Assembly (NCBI RefSeq): GCF_963921235.1
Contig: NC_086101.1
Span: 4,156,001 to 4,220,000 of the forward strand
Length of the DNA: 64,000 nucleotides
Direction: 5' to 3'
DNA from: Mobula hypostoma
Taxonomy: Eukaryota
Part shown: positions 12,681-25,299 of the stretch, in pieces
How positions within the stretch are numbered: position 1 is the first letter of the stretch
How the letters are laid out: each line of letters starts with the position of its first letter
Program-made: the position numbers and the translations under genes
Notes under the pieces: generated by a model
The model's input: only the letters and a program-made list of their open reading frames with translations
The model's database searches: none
What the model was told of the DNA's origin: nothing

Positions 12681-13454
12681 ATTTAATCACATCTACTTCG
12701 AAACAAGCCAGAATATGCGGCCAACAACTGCTCACGATAATCCACGTGTCCTGACCAAGGGTGACAGGGACAGCATACAGGGTTCTTTTCCCAGCACTGT
12801 CTGCAAGAAAGTGTGTACGCTCTGTCCGCGACCACGCGGGGAGAAGAAAAGAGCTATGGTGACAGGGGATTCATTAGTTGGGGAACAGAAAGGGGAACGA
12901 GATTCTTGGATGCTATCTTCTCTCCCAGGATGCCTGGGTCTGGTACATCTCTGATAGAGCCCTCAGAGTGAGGAGGAACAGATAGATGTCGTGGTCCATG
13001 TTACTACCAATGACATGGGTAGGAAGAGTAATGAGGTACTGCAAAGGGAGTTCAGGGAATTAGGCACAACGGGAACCAGACAGCCAGAACAGTTAGTGGA
13101 GAGATTACGGAGGCAGACATTGTTAAGATCTCAAAGCCAGGAATCAAAAGGTTAGGCTGGGTGAGACTAATGTCCTGAGCCACCTGTATTTCAATGCAGG
13201 AAGTGTCGTAGGAAAGGCAGATGATCTCAGCGCATGAATCAACACCTGGAATTATGATACTGTAGCCATTAGTGAGACCTGGTAGCAGGAAAACCAACAC
13301 TGGCAGCTCAATATTCTGGGGTTCCGTTGTTTCACAGTTCGGGAGAGAGATTAAAATGTCACGGCAGCGCTCCATCAGGACACACGGGAGAGCTCGTCTA
13401 GTGAGGTGTTATGGGTGGAACTGAGCAACAAGAAACGTACAATCACATTAATGA

Positions 13455-14012
13455 CAGACATCCCACCTCTCCCGGAAGTTCCGGGAGTCTCCCGCATATT
13501 GATAGTGGCTCCCTGATGCCCGCAAATTATATACAATATCACGGAAATCAATTTTTTTGAGAGCGAGCGAGAGAAAGCAAGTGAGAGCGCGAGAAAGCGC
13601 GTGAGCGAGAGAGAGAGAAAGCAAGTGAGAGAGCGCACGAGCGATCACGAGAGAGAGAGAGCGCGCCATGACAGAGTGTTCCAAAAAAAAAGAAAATATA
13701 AAACGTACGTCACCCCAAACTACACTAACGTGTACCCCTGCCTAATAGGGGTCAAAAATAATGACAGTGTTGCTCGCTGCACTGTTTGCAACAGTGACTT
13801 CTCCATTGCCCATGGTGGGTTAAAATGTAAAAGACATGTTGAGGTGAGTTTAACAGGTGTCATTCGTTCATTAGCATAGCTAACGTTATTTAAACTAGCT
13901 GGCTGGCTGCTAAGGAGCTACTCTATTGCAGACATCCCACCTCTCCCGGAAGTCTCCCGCAAATTGATAGTGCTACCCCCCTGAAATCAGTTTTTGCAGG
14001 GTGGGATGTCTG
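13455..14012 (+). mobile_element. Non-autonomous hAT-like DNA transposon with BED-finger remnant and 6-bp TSD
   Basis: TIR cagacatcccacc / ggtgggatgtctg; TAATGA at 13449-13454 and 14013-14018; encodes ARCTVCNSDFSIAHGGLKCKRHVE. Confidence 0.85.
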
Positions 14013-14110
14013 TAATGAGGCTGTATTACTGACCACCCAAGTCCGAGGGATTTAGGGGAACAAGTTTGTACAGAGATGGCAGACTGTTGCTAGAAACACA
14101 AGTTGGTTAT

Positions 14111-15207
14111 AATACATGCAAAATGCTGGAGGAACTCAGCAGGCCAGACAGCAGCTATGGAAATGTGTATGGCTTTCTCTCTTCTCCTGTCAGATTCCCC
14201 ATTCTCCAGCCCTCTATCTCTTTCACCAATCAACTTCCCAGCTCTTTACTTCACCCCTCCCTCCCTCCCAGTTTCACCCATCACCTTGTGTTCTTCCTCT
14301 CCTCCCCGCCCTGCACTCCCAGCTTCACCTTTCACCTTGTGGTTCATCTTTCCCTCTCCATCCCCTCCGCTTTCCGCAGGGATCAGTCCCTCCGCTACTC
14401 CCTGGTCCACACGTCCCTCCCCACGGATCTCCCACCTGGCACTTATCCCTGTAAGCGTAAGTGCTACACCTGTCCCTACACCTCCTCTCTTGCCACCATT
14501 CAGGGCCCCAAACAGTCCTTCCAGGTGAGGCAACACTTCACCTGTGAGTCTATTGGGGTCATCTATTGCATCCGGTGCTCCCGGTGCGGCCTCCTGTACA
14601 TCGGTAAAACCCGACGCAGATTGGGGGACCGCTTCGTCGAGCTCCTCCGCTCCGTCCGCCACAACAGACAGGATCTCCCAGTAGCCACCCCACTTCAATT
14701 CTGCTTCCCACTTCCACTCAGATATGTCCATACATGGCCTCCTCTACTGCCATGATGAGGCCAAACTCAGGTAGGAGGAGCAACACCTCATATACCGTCT
14801 AGGTAGTCTCCAGCCCCTTGGTATGAACATAGAATTCTCCAACTTCCGGTAATTCCCTCCCCCTCCCTTCCCCTATCCCTATTTCACTCTGCCCCCTCCC
14901 CCAGCTGCCCATCACCTCCCTCATGGTTCCGCCTCCTTCTACTACCCGTTGTGTTTTCCCCTATTCCTTCTTCACCTTTCCTGCCTATCCCCTCCCTGCT
15001 TCCCCTCCCCCACCCCTTTATCTTTCCCCTTACTGGTTTTTCACCTGGAACCGACCAGCCTTCTCCTTCCCACCCTCCCCCCACCTTCTTTATAGGACCT
15101 CTGCCCCTTCCCTCTACAGTCCTGACGAAGGGTTCCGGCCCGAAACATCAACCGATCTTTTCCACGGATGCTGCCTGACCTGCTGAGTTCCTCCAGCGTG
15201 TTGTGAG
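14111..15207 (+). mobile_element. Penelope-like element (GIY-YIG endonuclease and 3' region) with inverted terminal copy
   Basis: CKRKCYTC...FTCESIGVIYCIRCSRCGLLYIGKTRRRLGDRF; hammerhead motif at 15117-15154; 14111-14160 is an inverted copy of the tail. Confidence 0.9.
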
Positions 15208-16014
15208 TGAAATATGCAAAAAGATAGGTTCTGACCCACAGGCCTGGATTGGGACAGGCTGATTTCTGGCAAAGGTGCACTTTGTAAATTCAACAGTGAA
15301 TTTTTGTGAGTACACAGTTTGTATGCACCTGTCAGAACAAAATGTTAAGATAATAGGTATAGGGAACCTTGGTTTTCAAGACATATTGAGACCGTGGTTA
15401 AGAAAAAACAGAGGTGTAAGGTGATAGGTGTATAAGCAGGTAGGAACACATGAGGTGCTTATGGAGTGATCAGGAAGGCTAAAGGAAGGCATGAGGTTGC
15501 TCTAGCAGACAAGGTGAAGCAGAATCCTTAGGGATTCTACAGATATATTCAGAGTGAAACAATTGCAGGGGACAAAGATGGTCCTCTGGAAGATAAGACT
15601 GGTAATCCATATGTGGAGCCAAAAGATATGGGGGAAGATCTGAAATAATTTTTTTTTGCATCTGCAGCGTAAAGTGAGGGAAAGTGACATCGACTTCATG
15701 CAGCTGAAGCAGATTACAGAGGAGGAGGTGTTTACTCCATGGAGGCAAATCAGTGTCAATAAATCCCCAGGACCTGACAAGGTGTTCCCTGGGAAGCAAG
15801 TGGAGCCCAAGCAGAGATATTTAAATCATCCTTGGAGACAAGTGAGGTACCAGAGGGCTGAAGGATAATCTTGTTCCGCTGTTTAGAAAAGGCTCTAATT
15901 AGAAATAAGGAACTGGTAGGCCAGTGCACCTGACATCAGTAGTGGGAACGTTATTGGAGGGTTTCGAAGGGACTGGATTTATGAGAATAAATCAGTAGTG
16001 GGAACAATGCTGAT

Positions 16015-16299
16015 GGGGACCTATCCAGACAGACTCAAGGCTGTAACTGCTGCCAAAGCTGCATCTACTAAATATTGACTTGAAGGGGGGTGAATACTTA
16101 TGCAATAATTTATTTTGTGTTTTATATTTGTAATTTATTTAGATCACTTTGCAGAGATCTGTTTTTATTTTGACGGGAAAGAGTCTTTTTCTGTTGATCA
16201 GTGTCAAAAAAGCCAAATTAAATCCATTGTGATTCAATGTTGTAAAACAATAAAAGATAAAAACTTCCAAGGGGGGGTGAATACTTTTTATAGACATTG
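16015..16299 (+). mobile_element. Tc1 transposon 3' end
   Basis: PDRLKAVTAAKAASTKY* followed by IR/DR-type ggggtgaatactt direct repeats. Confidence 0.8.
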
Positions 16300-17833
16300 A
16301 ACTTACTGACTATAATTGATTGATTGACTTCTATATTATTATGGATTGCATTGAACTGCTGCTGCTACGTTAACAAATTCCACGACACACACCGGTGGTA
16401 CTAAACCTGTCTCTGATTCTGGAGTACCGCAGGGATCAGTGCTGGGTCCGTTGTTGCTTGTCATCTATATCAATGATCTGGATGATAATGTGGTTATTTG
16501 GATCAGCAAGTTTGCTGATATCAAGACTGGGGGTGTAGGGGACAGTGAGGAAGACTATCATGGCTTGCAGCATGACCCAGACCAGCTGGGAAAATGGGCT
16601 GAAAATGGCAGATTGAATTTAATACGCACAGAACCAACCAAGCTTATCTGTGGAATTTGTTGCCACAGGTGGCTGTGGAGGCCAAGTCTTCATGTATGTT
16701 TAAGGCAAAGGTTGACAAATTCTTGATTGGTCAGGGCATGTGGAGAGAAGGCAGGAGACTGGGGCTGAGAGGAAAATGGATCAGTCATGATGAAATGGTG
16801 GAGCAAACTCTGTGGGCCAAATGGCCTAATTCTGCTCCTACATCTTATGGTCTAAGGTAGGTGCTATGCAGTGAACATTAGGGCACTAAGGTGTGCCGTT
16901 GAACAAAAGGATCTATAATTCATTGAAACTAGCATCAAAGGTGGATAATGTCGTAAGGAAAGCTTTTGGCACATTGGCCTTCATAAATCAAAGTACTGAG
17001 TACAGGAGATGGAATGAAATGTCATGTTGAAATTGGGCAAGACATTGGCATGGCCTGATTTGTGGGCAGTTTTGGGTGCCTGCCTACAGGAAGGATGTAA
17101 ATAAGGTTAAGAGTGCAGGGCAAATTTACGAGGATGTTGCTGGGTCTGGAGGACCTGAGTTTTAAGGAAAGATTGAATAGATTGGGACTGTATTCCTTGG
17201 AGTGTACAAGACTGCAGGGTGATCTGATAGAGGGATACAAAATTATGAAGGGTATAGATAGCGTAAATGCAAGCAGGCTTTTTCCACTGCGGTTGTGTGG
17301 AACTACAACCAGAGGTCAATGGTTAAGGGTGAAAGCTGAAAAGTTTAAGGGGAACTTGAGGGGGAAACGTCTTCACTCAGAGGGTCATGAGAGTGTGGAT
17401 CGAAGTGCCAGCGGAGGTGGTGCATGCAAGCTCGATATCAGCATTGAAGAACAGCTTGGATAGGTACATGGATGGGAGGGGTGTGGTGATGCAGGTCGAT
17501 GGAGTAGGCAGTTCAAATGGTCCGGCATAGACTATAGACTAGATGGTCTGAAAGTTCGGCTTTTCTGCTGTACATTTCTATGACTCTCACTCTCTTCCAA
17601 AGAGGTACAGATCAGTGAGTTGAGCAAGATGTGGGCTCTCCCCAGCGTAATCTTCACTGATTTGATTTTATGCAAACGATGTACCTTGCTATACATTTGC
17701 CAAATAAAGCTGACGCTTATCTTATAAAGCCTCAGCCTTATATCCCTACTTTTATGTTCTAATTTCTAGACAACTCGAATATAATTTTGCATTATTTTAC
17801 CTATGTAAAAGACAATAATTTTACACCTTTTAC

Positions 17834-17981
17834 CTGCGTACAAGGCATTTTTATCAGTATCCAATATACGGAGGACATCCTCCGATCCGGATCGCTCTTC
17901 TTCGTTCAGGTTCACCACCCTGATGGGATAGGATGCGTAGGTGACCACGCCGAACCGCGGTCTTACGTCAAAGCTGGAGAT
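17834..17981 (-). CDS. CFB: Complement factor B/C2-like, second vWA exon
   Basis: ccgcag / gtaaaa; 148 bp, phase 0/1. Encodes ISSFDVRPRFGVVTYASYPIRVVNLNEEERSGSEDVLRILDTDKNALYA. Confidence 0.93.
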
Positions 17982-18289
17982 CTGCGGAGCAACGAGAGCT
18001 GTGTCAGAGAGGCGAGCGCAAAGGGCCCACCCGCCGCTCGAGACGTACTCAAGCCTCGACGGTAATGGGCAGGTGAGAAGTAAAGGGCCAGAGTGCGGAA
18101 AAGCGGGAGGCGGGGGGGAATTCGGTCACGGGAAGGAGAAATTGATATTCACGCCATCAGGCTGGAGGGATGAGTACCTACCACGTTTCGTAAACTTTTC
18201 CCTCATCTGTCTTTAATACAGCTGTGTGATAGCAAGGGGAATGTGCGCGCGACGTTTCAGTTACTGCGTGGTCGCGTACCTTAGAGAGA

Positions 18290-19020
18290 ACAACGATCAT
18301 AGCCGATTGATTGTCCCCCTTGTCCTCTCCTCATTTCTTCCCCCGAAACCTTGGATGCCCTGACTAATCAATAACTTATCAGCCTACACTTTAAACATAC
18401 CTGGTGACTTGACATCCGCAGCAGTCTGTGGTGATGAAATCCACAGATTCACCATTCCCCGGCTGAGGAAATTACTCCTCATCTCTGTCCTTCTGATCTG
18501 AGTCTGTGCCCTCTGGTCCTAAACACCACCCCCCCCCCACTACAGGAAACATCCTCTCCACATCCACTCTATCTGTGCCCTCTGGTCCTAGACTCCCCCA
18601 CGATAGGAAACATCCTCTCCACACCAACTCTATCTGTGCCCTCTGGTCCTAGACTCCCCCACTATAGGAAACATCTTCTCCACATCCACTCTGTTTGTGT
18701 CCTCTGGTCCTAGACTCCCCCACTACAGGAAACATCCTCTCCGCATCCACTCTAACTGTGTCCTCTGATCCTAGATTCCCCTACTATAGGAAACATTCTC
18801 TCCACTTCCACTTTATTGAGAGCTTTCAATATTCGACAGGTTGCAATGAGATGCCCCCCTCATTCTTCTAAATTCCAGCAGGTACAGGCCCAGAGCCATC
18901 AAATGCTCCTCATACATTAATCCTTTCATTCTCGTGAACACCTTATGGACCTTCTCCAAAACCACCACATTGCTTCTTAGATAAGTGGCCCAAAATTGCT
19001 CATGATACTCCAGGACAAAC
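18290..19020 (-). mobile_element. CR1 3' fragment with internal ~61-bp tandem amplification (~18500-18812, 5 copies)
   Basis: Unit ctgtgccctctggtcctagactcccccactataggaaacatcctctccacatccactctat; LEYHEQFWATYL remnant. Confidence 0.85.
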
Positions 19021-19185
19021 CCATAATGTGACTCTCCTTCAACACCGCACCCCCTCAAACCACACAGCGATCCATTGTCCTAACCTCAGAGCATCTTCCC
19101 CTCTCAAACCGTGGCACTTCCTCAGTACCGCCCCCACCCCCACGCTCCGCGGCACTCCCTGTCAGAAATAGATCTGGGACAAGTT

Positions 19186-22100
19186 GAGGACCACCCCTGT
19201 CTGCCAATGGAGTAGCTGTACTTTTCTGCTGCTCTTAGTTTTCTTTCTTTCCCCCTAGTTTAAGCTTTGAATTTAAAATTTTTACATGTTGATTCTTGAG
19301 GGGGATCAATATGTCTACGTCTACAAGAAGTGGGAAGAATTTACCTGAACCTAGTGTTAAAGGTAATGGGAAAGGAAAGATGCAAAAGGAACGATCTGAT
19401 GAAATGCCATCGTGGGCTGAAGATATCGTTCGGACGCTGAATTCAATTAAGGATCAGAATGGATCAATTAAAGACCAACTGGAAAAGAATAGTAATGAAA
19501 TGAAGTCATTTCTGGGAAAACTTAAAGATCTGGAAACTCAAATTATTTCACACGAAGAGGAATTGAAGATAACTAAGCAAAAGTTGTCTGAAGCTGCAAC
19601 TCGTTTCGAAAGATATCAAAATAAGATTATAGACCTGGAAACTAGGTCTCGACGAAGGAATATAAGAATTGTTGGGCTGCAGGAAGGAGCTGAAGATGCA
19701 GATCTAACGGCTTACTTTGGTAAGCTTTTCCACACTTTATTTCCTACCATTCTACAAAGCCGCCTGCTATGGAAAGGGCACACAGGGCATTTATCTCGAA
19801 ATCGAAAGATTCTAGTAAACCAAGACCTTGTTTGCGAAACCAAGATCTGTTCTGGTTTGCTTTCATCACTTTAAAATTAAAGATCAAATAATGTGACAGG
19901 CAAGAAAATGGAGTTTTTAGATTTATGGAATCTGAGCTCCGCTTCTACGAAGATTATCCAAGAAAGATAATGGAACAAAGATCAAAATTTGCCCTGGTAA
20001 TGAAACAAGCATATGATAAGAATCTTCTCCCGTCTTTGAGGTACCCGACAAGAACTAAAATTTTCCCTGCTAATTCTCCTCCTCATACTTTTTTTGATCC
20101 AAAAGCTGCACTGGATTTTGTTCAGGCTTTGCCTGCCGCTGTCACAGACACCGCTGTTGAATGATCCGTCTGAAAGGCTGTTTGGCTATTTGTATATTAT
20201 TCGCATTTTGGAAAGAAGATTTATGAAGGTCACTTGTATATTTCATCGAGAGACTAATTAAAGAATACGGAGAGTTGTTCTTTATTGCATATTATTGTTT
20301 TCCTTTGGAAAGATTTATGATTTAAGTATCTCTGCTCAAATGATCTCTGGACATTTTATGACTGAGGGAGGAAGATAAGGCGATTTGTTCCTTTAATTTA
20401 CTACTTGGTAGCTAATTGGTAGTTTTTCCTACTAATAGGGCTTTTTATATATTTTTTTCTGTTTTATTATAACATTTTATAATTAAATTTAAAGCTTTTT
20501 TAGAGAATTAATATTAAACTTAAACATGGCGCTGGTTCTTCTCTCTAAGAGATAACATTATTTTGGTTCCTTCTTGTTTATCAGTCGATGGAATGTAAAT
20601 ACCTTTTTTTTGCTGAGACTTTGTTATCTTTTTCACAAGGTCACTCTACTTTTTTACTAACTGGGGGGAAGGAAAGAAAACACAGACAGAGCAGTCAGCA
20701 GCTTTGAATTCTATCGTAGATCGCTTGCCTCTTTCGGGTTTCCGGGTGTGGGTGGGTGGGTTTAGAGTTAGTATTTTCCCATGTGTTTTTTATGTGGTTG
20801 TATTCTTCATCGCCGCCATCTTTGATCATCCTGCATTGGTATCTGCTTTGTGCATGTATAAAGTAGAATGAAATTATAGTATGCTGTTCAAACGGATTAA
20901 TATAATAAGTTGGAATGTATGTGGTTGGAATCATCCTATTAAACGAAAGAAGACTTTTAAAATTATTAACCGATCCCAACCTGATATAATTTTTGCTCAA
21001 GAGACACATATCAGGGCGGGAGATCAAAATAGATTTTTTAGATGGTGGAGTGGTTTGCAATTCCACTCTACTTCTCAGAATAAAACAAAAGGTATGCCTA
21101 CTTTCATTAAACCCAATATATTTATTCAAGAGGATATTGAATCAGATTCTAATGGTAGATTTTTAATTGTTAAAGGAACAATCTGTAACAGAAAAGTGGC
21201 TTTGGTTAATTTGTATGGTCCTAACTTAGATGATCCTTTTTTTAAAAAGGTATTTGCTTTACTGCCTGACTTAAATGAATATATGCTCATAATGGGTGGG
21301 GATTTTAACTGTTGTTTAAATCCTATGATTGATAAGAGCTCAACCAATCAGCGACTTCCAAATCGATCCGCATTATTTATTAATTCCTTTTTGATTGATT
21401 TTGGGTTGATTGATTTGTGGAGGTATCTTCATCCCGATAATAGTGAATATTCTTTCTTCTCACACGTTTATAAAAAATATTCGTGAATCGATTATATTAT
21501 AATCAATCCCTGCTTCTTGCCTAGTGTTAAAACTTGCGAATATGACGCTATTGCTATATCTGATCATGCGCCTCTGAGTTTGTCTTTTGAATTTGATGAT
21601 GTCGTTCTTGCCCGCCCACCTTGGCGCACGTCTCAGACATTATTGCAAAACTCTGACTTTGTCACTTTCATTGAAACCCAGATAAAAGAATTTTTTCTTT
21701 TTAATGATATAGGGGGTATGTCTAAATTAGTTATATGGGATACATTTAAAGCATTTTTACATGGTCAGATTATTTCTTATTCAGCTAAACTTAAAGAACA
21801 AACTAAAGCAGAATTAAATAGAATTTCAAAACAAATTAAAGATTAAGATAATATTTATGCAATTTCCCCCAATACTGATTTATTTAAACAAAGGGTGGAA
21901 CTTCAATCACAATATAACCTGTTATTAACTCATCCCATTGAAAGTTATTTCCTTAAGTTAAAGAGCCTATTTTATATGTCTGGAGATAAAAATAATAAAC
22001 TGCTTGCATCTCAATTAAAAATGGCTGCAGCCAAAAGGCAAATCATGAAAATTCGTAGGAAAGATGGTACCTTAGCTCAGGAATATGAAGAAATTAATAA

Positions 22101-24942
22101 GATTTTTCAAGATTTTTATGCTGAGCTATGTAAATCTCAATGTCCGTTAGATTCCTCTAAAATGAATGCTTTTTTACGAAAGATTGTTTTTCCTAAAATC
22201 TCGGCTGAGGATCAAAAGACTCTTGATGCTCTAATTACTGAAGCCGAAATTCATAAAGCTATTTTTTCAATGCAATCTGGTAAGTCCCCAGGACTTGATG
22301 GCTATCCTGTAGAATTTTATAAAAAATTTGGAAAGTTGCTCTCTCCGTATACGTTGGAAATGTTGAAGGATTCTTTTGTGAAAGGTGACTTACCCTCTAC
22401 TTTTTATGAGGCCTCTATTTCTTTAATTCTTAAAAAAGATAAAGATCCCAATGACTGTGCTTCATATAGACCTATTTCATTACTGAATGTCGACGCTAAG
22501 ATTCTGTCAAAGATAATGGCCAATCGGTTGGAGAATATTTTGGGTAAGATTATTTGTAAAGATCAAATAGGCTTTATAAAGGGTCGCTATTCCTTTTCAA
22601 ATGTTCGGAGACTATTTAACATTATATATTCATCTTCTAAAATTCCACTTTGGATGCTGAAAAAGCGTTTGACTGAGTCAAATGGAGATATTTATTCAAT
22701 ATTTTAGAGAAATTTGGCTTTGGTGTTAATTTTAATAATTGGATTAAAATGATATATAAAGCCCCTATTGCTACTGTTGTCACTAACAATTGTAGGTCTC
22801 CTTTTTTTCAGCTTTCACGGGGGACAAGGCAAGGCTGTCCATTAAGTCCTTTGTTGTTTAATTTAATATTAGAACCCCTTGCTATTGCTCTTCGTGAGGC
22901 TAAAAATATCCATGGGATCTTTGTGAATGAGACCATGCATAAGGTCTCTCTTTATGCTGATGATTTATTGGTTTATATATCTAACCCTGATGGGTCCATT
23001 CCTGCCCTGCTAAAATTATTTAATGAATTCAGAGGTTTTTCAGGATATAAAATAAATTTTAGTAAAAGTGAATTGTTTCCTTTAAATGATTCTGTCTCTA
23101 TATATGATAATACTACTTATAAAGTCACAGACTCTTTTAGATATTTAGGTATTATAATTAATAAAAAATATAAGGATCTTTATAAAGCTAATTTTGTTCC
23201 CTTAGTAGACTCTATGAAGTATTTATTTAGTAGATGGAGTCCACTTACATTTTCACTTGTTGGTCGTATTCATATAGTTAAAATGATGATTTTACCGAAA
23301 TGTTTATATTTATCTCAGAATATCCCAGTTTTTTTGACTAGAAAGTTTATTGATCGGATTGATTCTATTATCTTATCTTTTATTTTGAATAATAAATTAA
23401 CAAGAATTAGTAAATGTCACTTACAAAAATTGAAAAAGGATGGAGGTCTTGCTTTGCCTAATTTTAGAATGTATTATTGGGCTGTTAATCTGCGATATAT
23501 GTCTTTTTGGTTATACTGGGTTGATAAGAGTGATCGGCCAATTTGGGTAGATCTGGAACTAAAAGTTGTAAAACAGTTTTACTTAACCTCATTATTGGGA
23601 GCTCCTTTACCTATGCAATTAGGTAAAGTTGTTAATTTAAACCTATATCCTGTGATTAAGTATTCTTTACAAATTTGGCTCCAGTTCCACAATTTTTTTA
23701 ATCTTAAAAAATTTAAACTTTGTAGTTTAATTTACCAAAATTACTTTTTTAAGCCTTCTTTGAGTGATCCAATTTTTTTACTTTGGAAAAATAAAGGTAT
23801 TAATTCTTTTTTGGATTTATTTAAAGAAGATAGATTGATGTCCTTTGAACAATTAATTGATAAATATTCTCTTTCATACTCACACTTTCTGCAATACCTT
23901 GAAGTTAGATATTTTTTACAAAAATATGTAAGTAATTTCCCTTACATATTGGAGGCTGACCTGTTAGATACTATCATGAGTATGAATCCTTTGATTAAGG
24001 GTTCTATTGGAAGAATTTATAATTTACTATTACAATGGGATAAGCGTCCTTTATCTAAGATTAAACAGGATTGGGAAAAGGAACTTAATTTGACTTCTAT
24101 GACGGAGGATTGGATGCGGATATTGAAGTTGGTTAACTCTTCTTCAATTTGTGCTCCTCATTCATTGATTCAATTTAAAATTGTGCATCGTTATCATTTG
24201 ACAAAGGAGAGACTTTCTAAAATCTTTCCTAATATTGATAGTCATTGTGATAGATATAAAACTGAGATAGCTACACTGACACATATGTTTTGGTCTTGTT
24301 CTATATTGGAACAGTTCTGGAAGTCGGTTTTCTCAACAATGTCTAAAGCACTTAAAATTAATTTGCAACCTAATAAATTAACTGTGCTTTTTGGAATAGT
24401 TCCTCAAAATATTCATGGTATTTCTGTGTCTGACCAACATGTTATTGCATTTGTTACATTGATAGCTAGGAGGGCTATTTTGTTGAAGTGGAAGGATACA
24501 TCAGCTCCCACTTTGTCACAATGGTTCTCTCAAGTGAAGCTATGTCTTAGTTTGGAGAAAATTGTACGTCGAACCTTTGAACCTTTATTTGATTTTGAGA
24601 AAAGATGGGGCTAATTTGCTCATTATTATCATTTGAGTTAATTGATATAATTTTTCCACGATCTAATTGTAGATTCTTTTAGTATATTTTCTTCTCCTGC
24701 TGGCGGTTTGATGTTTATTTTTAGAAGCTTTTTGTATGACGCATGGCTCCGGGGTTGTACACCTAATGGGTTTTCTTTTTTTTTCTCACATTTCTGCTCA
24801 ATAGCTTTTTTTTTGTTATCACAAAATTTTGTTTTCAATCTTTAAGATGATGGGTTTTCTTGAGGCATTGTAAGTGTTGTTACTTCGATGTACTCATGTT
24901 ATTTTTCCTATATATATACAATAAAAAGATTTGAAAAGAAAG
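19186..24942 (+). mobile_element. Full-length L1 LINE (ORF1 19311-~20164; ORF2 ~20881-24614), inactivated by a few stops and frameshifts
   Basis: ORF1 DLETRSRRRNIRIVGLQEG; ORF2 ISWNV, QETH, GGDFN, SDHAP, RGTRQGCPLSP, YADD, HMFWSC; AATAAA and A-rich tail; 18-bp TSD atagatctgggacaagtt (19168-19185, 24943-24960). Confidence 0.96.
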
Positions 24943-25299
24943 ATAGATCTGGGACAAGTTCTCATAATTTCTGTCAATATGGCGCCGAGCGGCAACGTAG
25001 TGGCTTGGACAGTTGTTTTCTCTGGGTTGCAGGGATTGTTTGCGGGGCAGCGTGAGGAGTTAGGGACAGGGACGGGGAGTCAGGGACAGTAAATGAAGAC
25101 TCAGCAGTAGGAATCAGAGAGTCGAAGCCCAGCAATCCCGCAGGTCGGGTCGCCAGGTGCTATAGACTGAGGCCAGCAATTCCCCCACCCACGTTGGCAA
25201 ATCCTAGCTCCATAGTCTATGTGCACAGGAACAGACCCTTTGTCCCACAATGTTTGTAAAGAAATGGCCAACTTAACTAATCCCCACTGTCTGCACAAT

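Larger units (their letters stand above)
12840..17585 (+). mobile_element. Degenerate CR1 remnants hosting hAT, Penelope and Tc1 insertions
   Basis: Esterase ORF1 remnant (VTGDSLV), KSPGPD, LGPLLLVIYINDLDD...KFAD, RLQGDLIEGYKIMKG. Confidence 0.75.

Noticed and set aside
24975..24987. YY1-like caatatggcgccg next to the L1 insertion site
   Set aside because: Single short motif with no supporting evidence.
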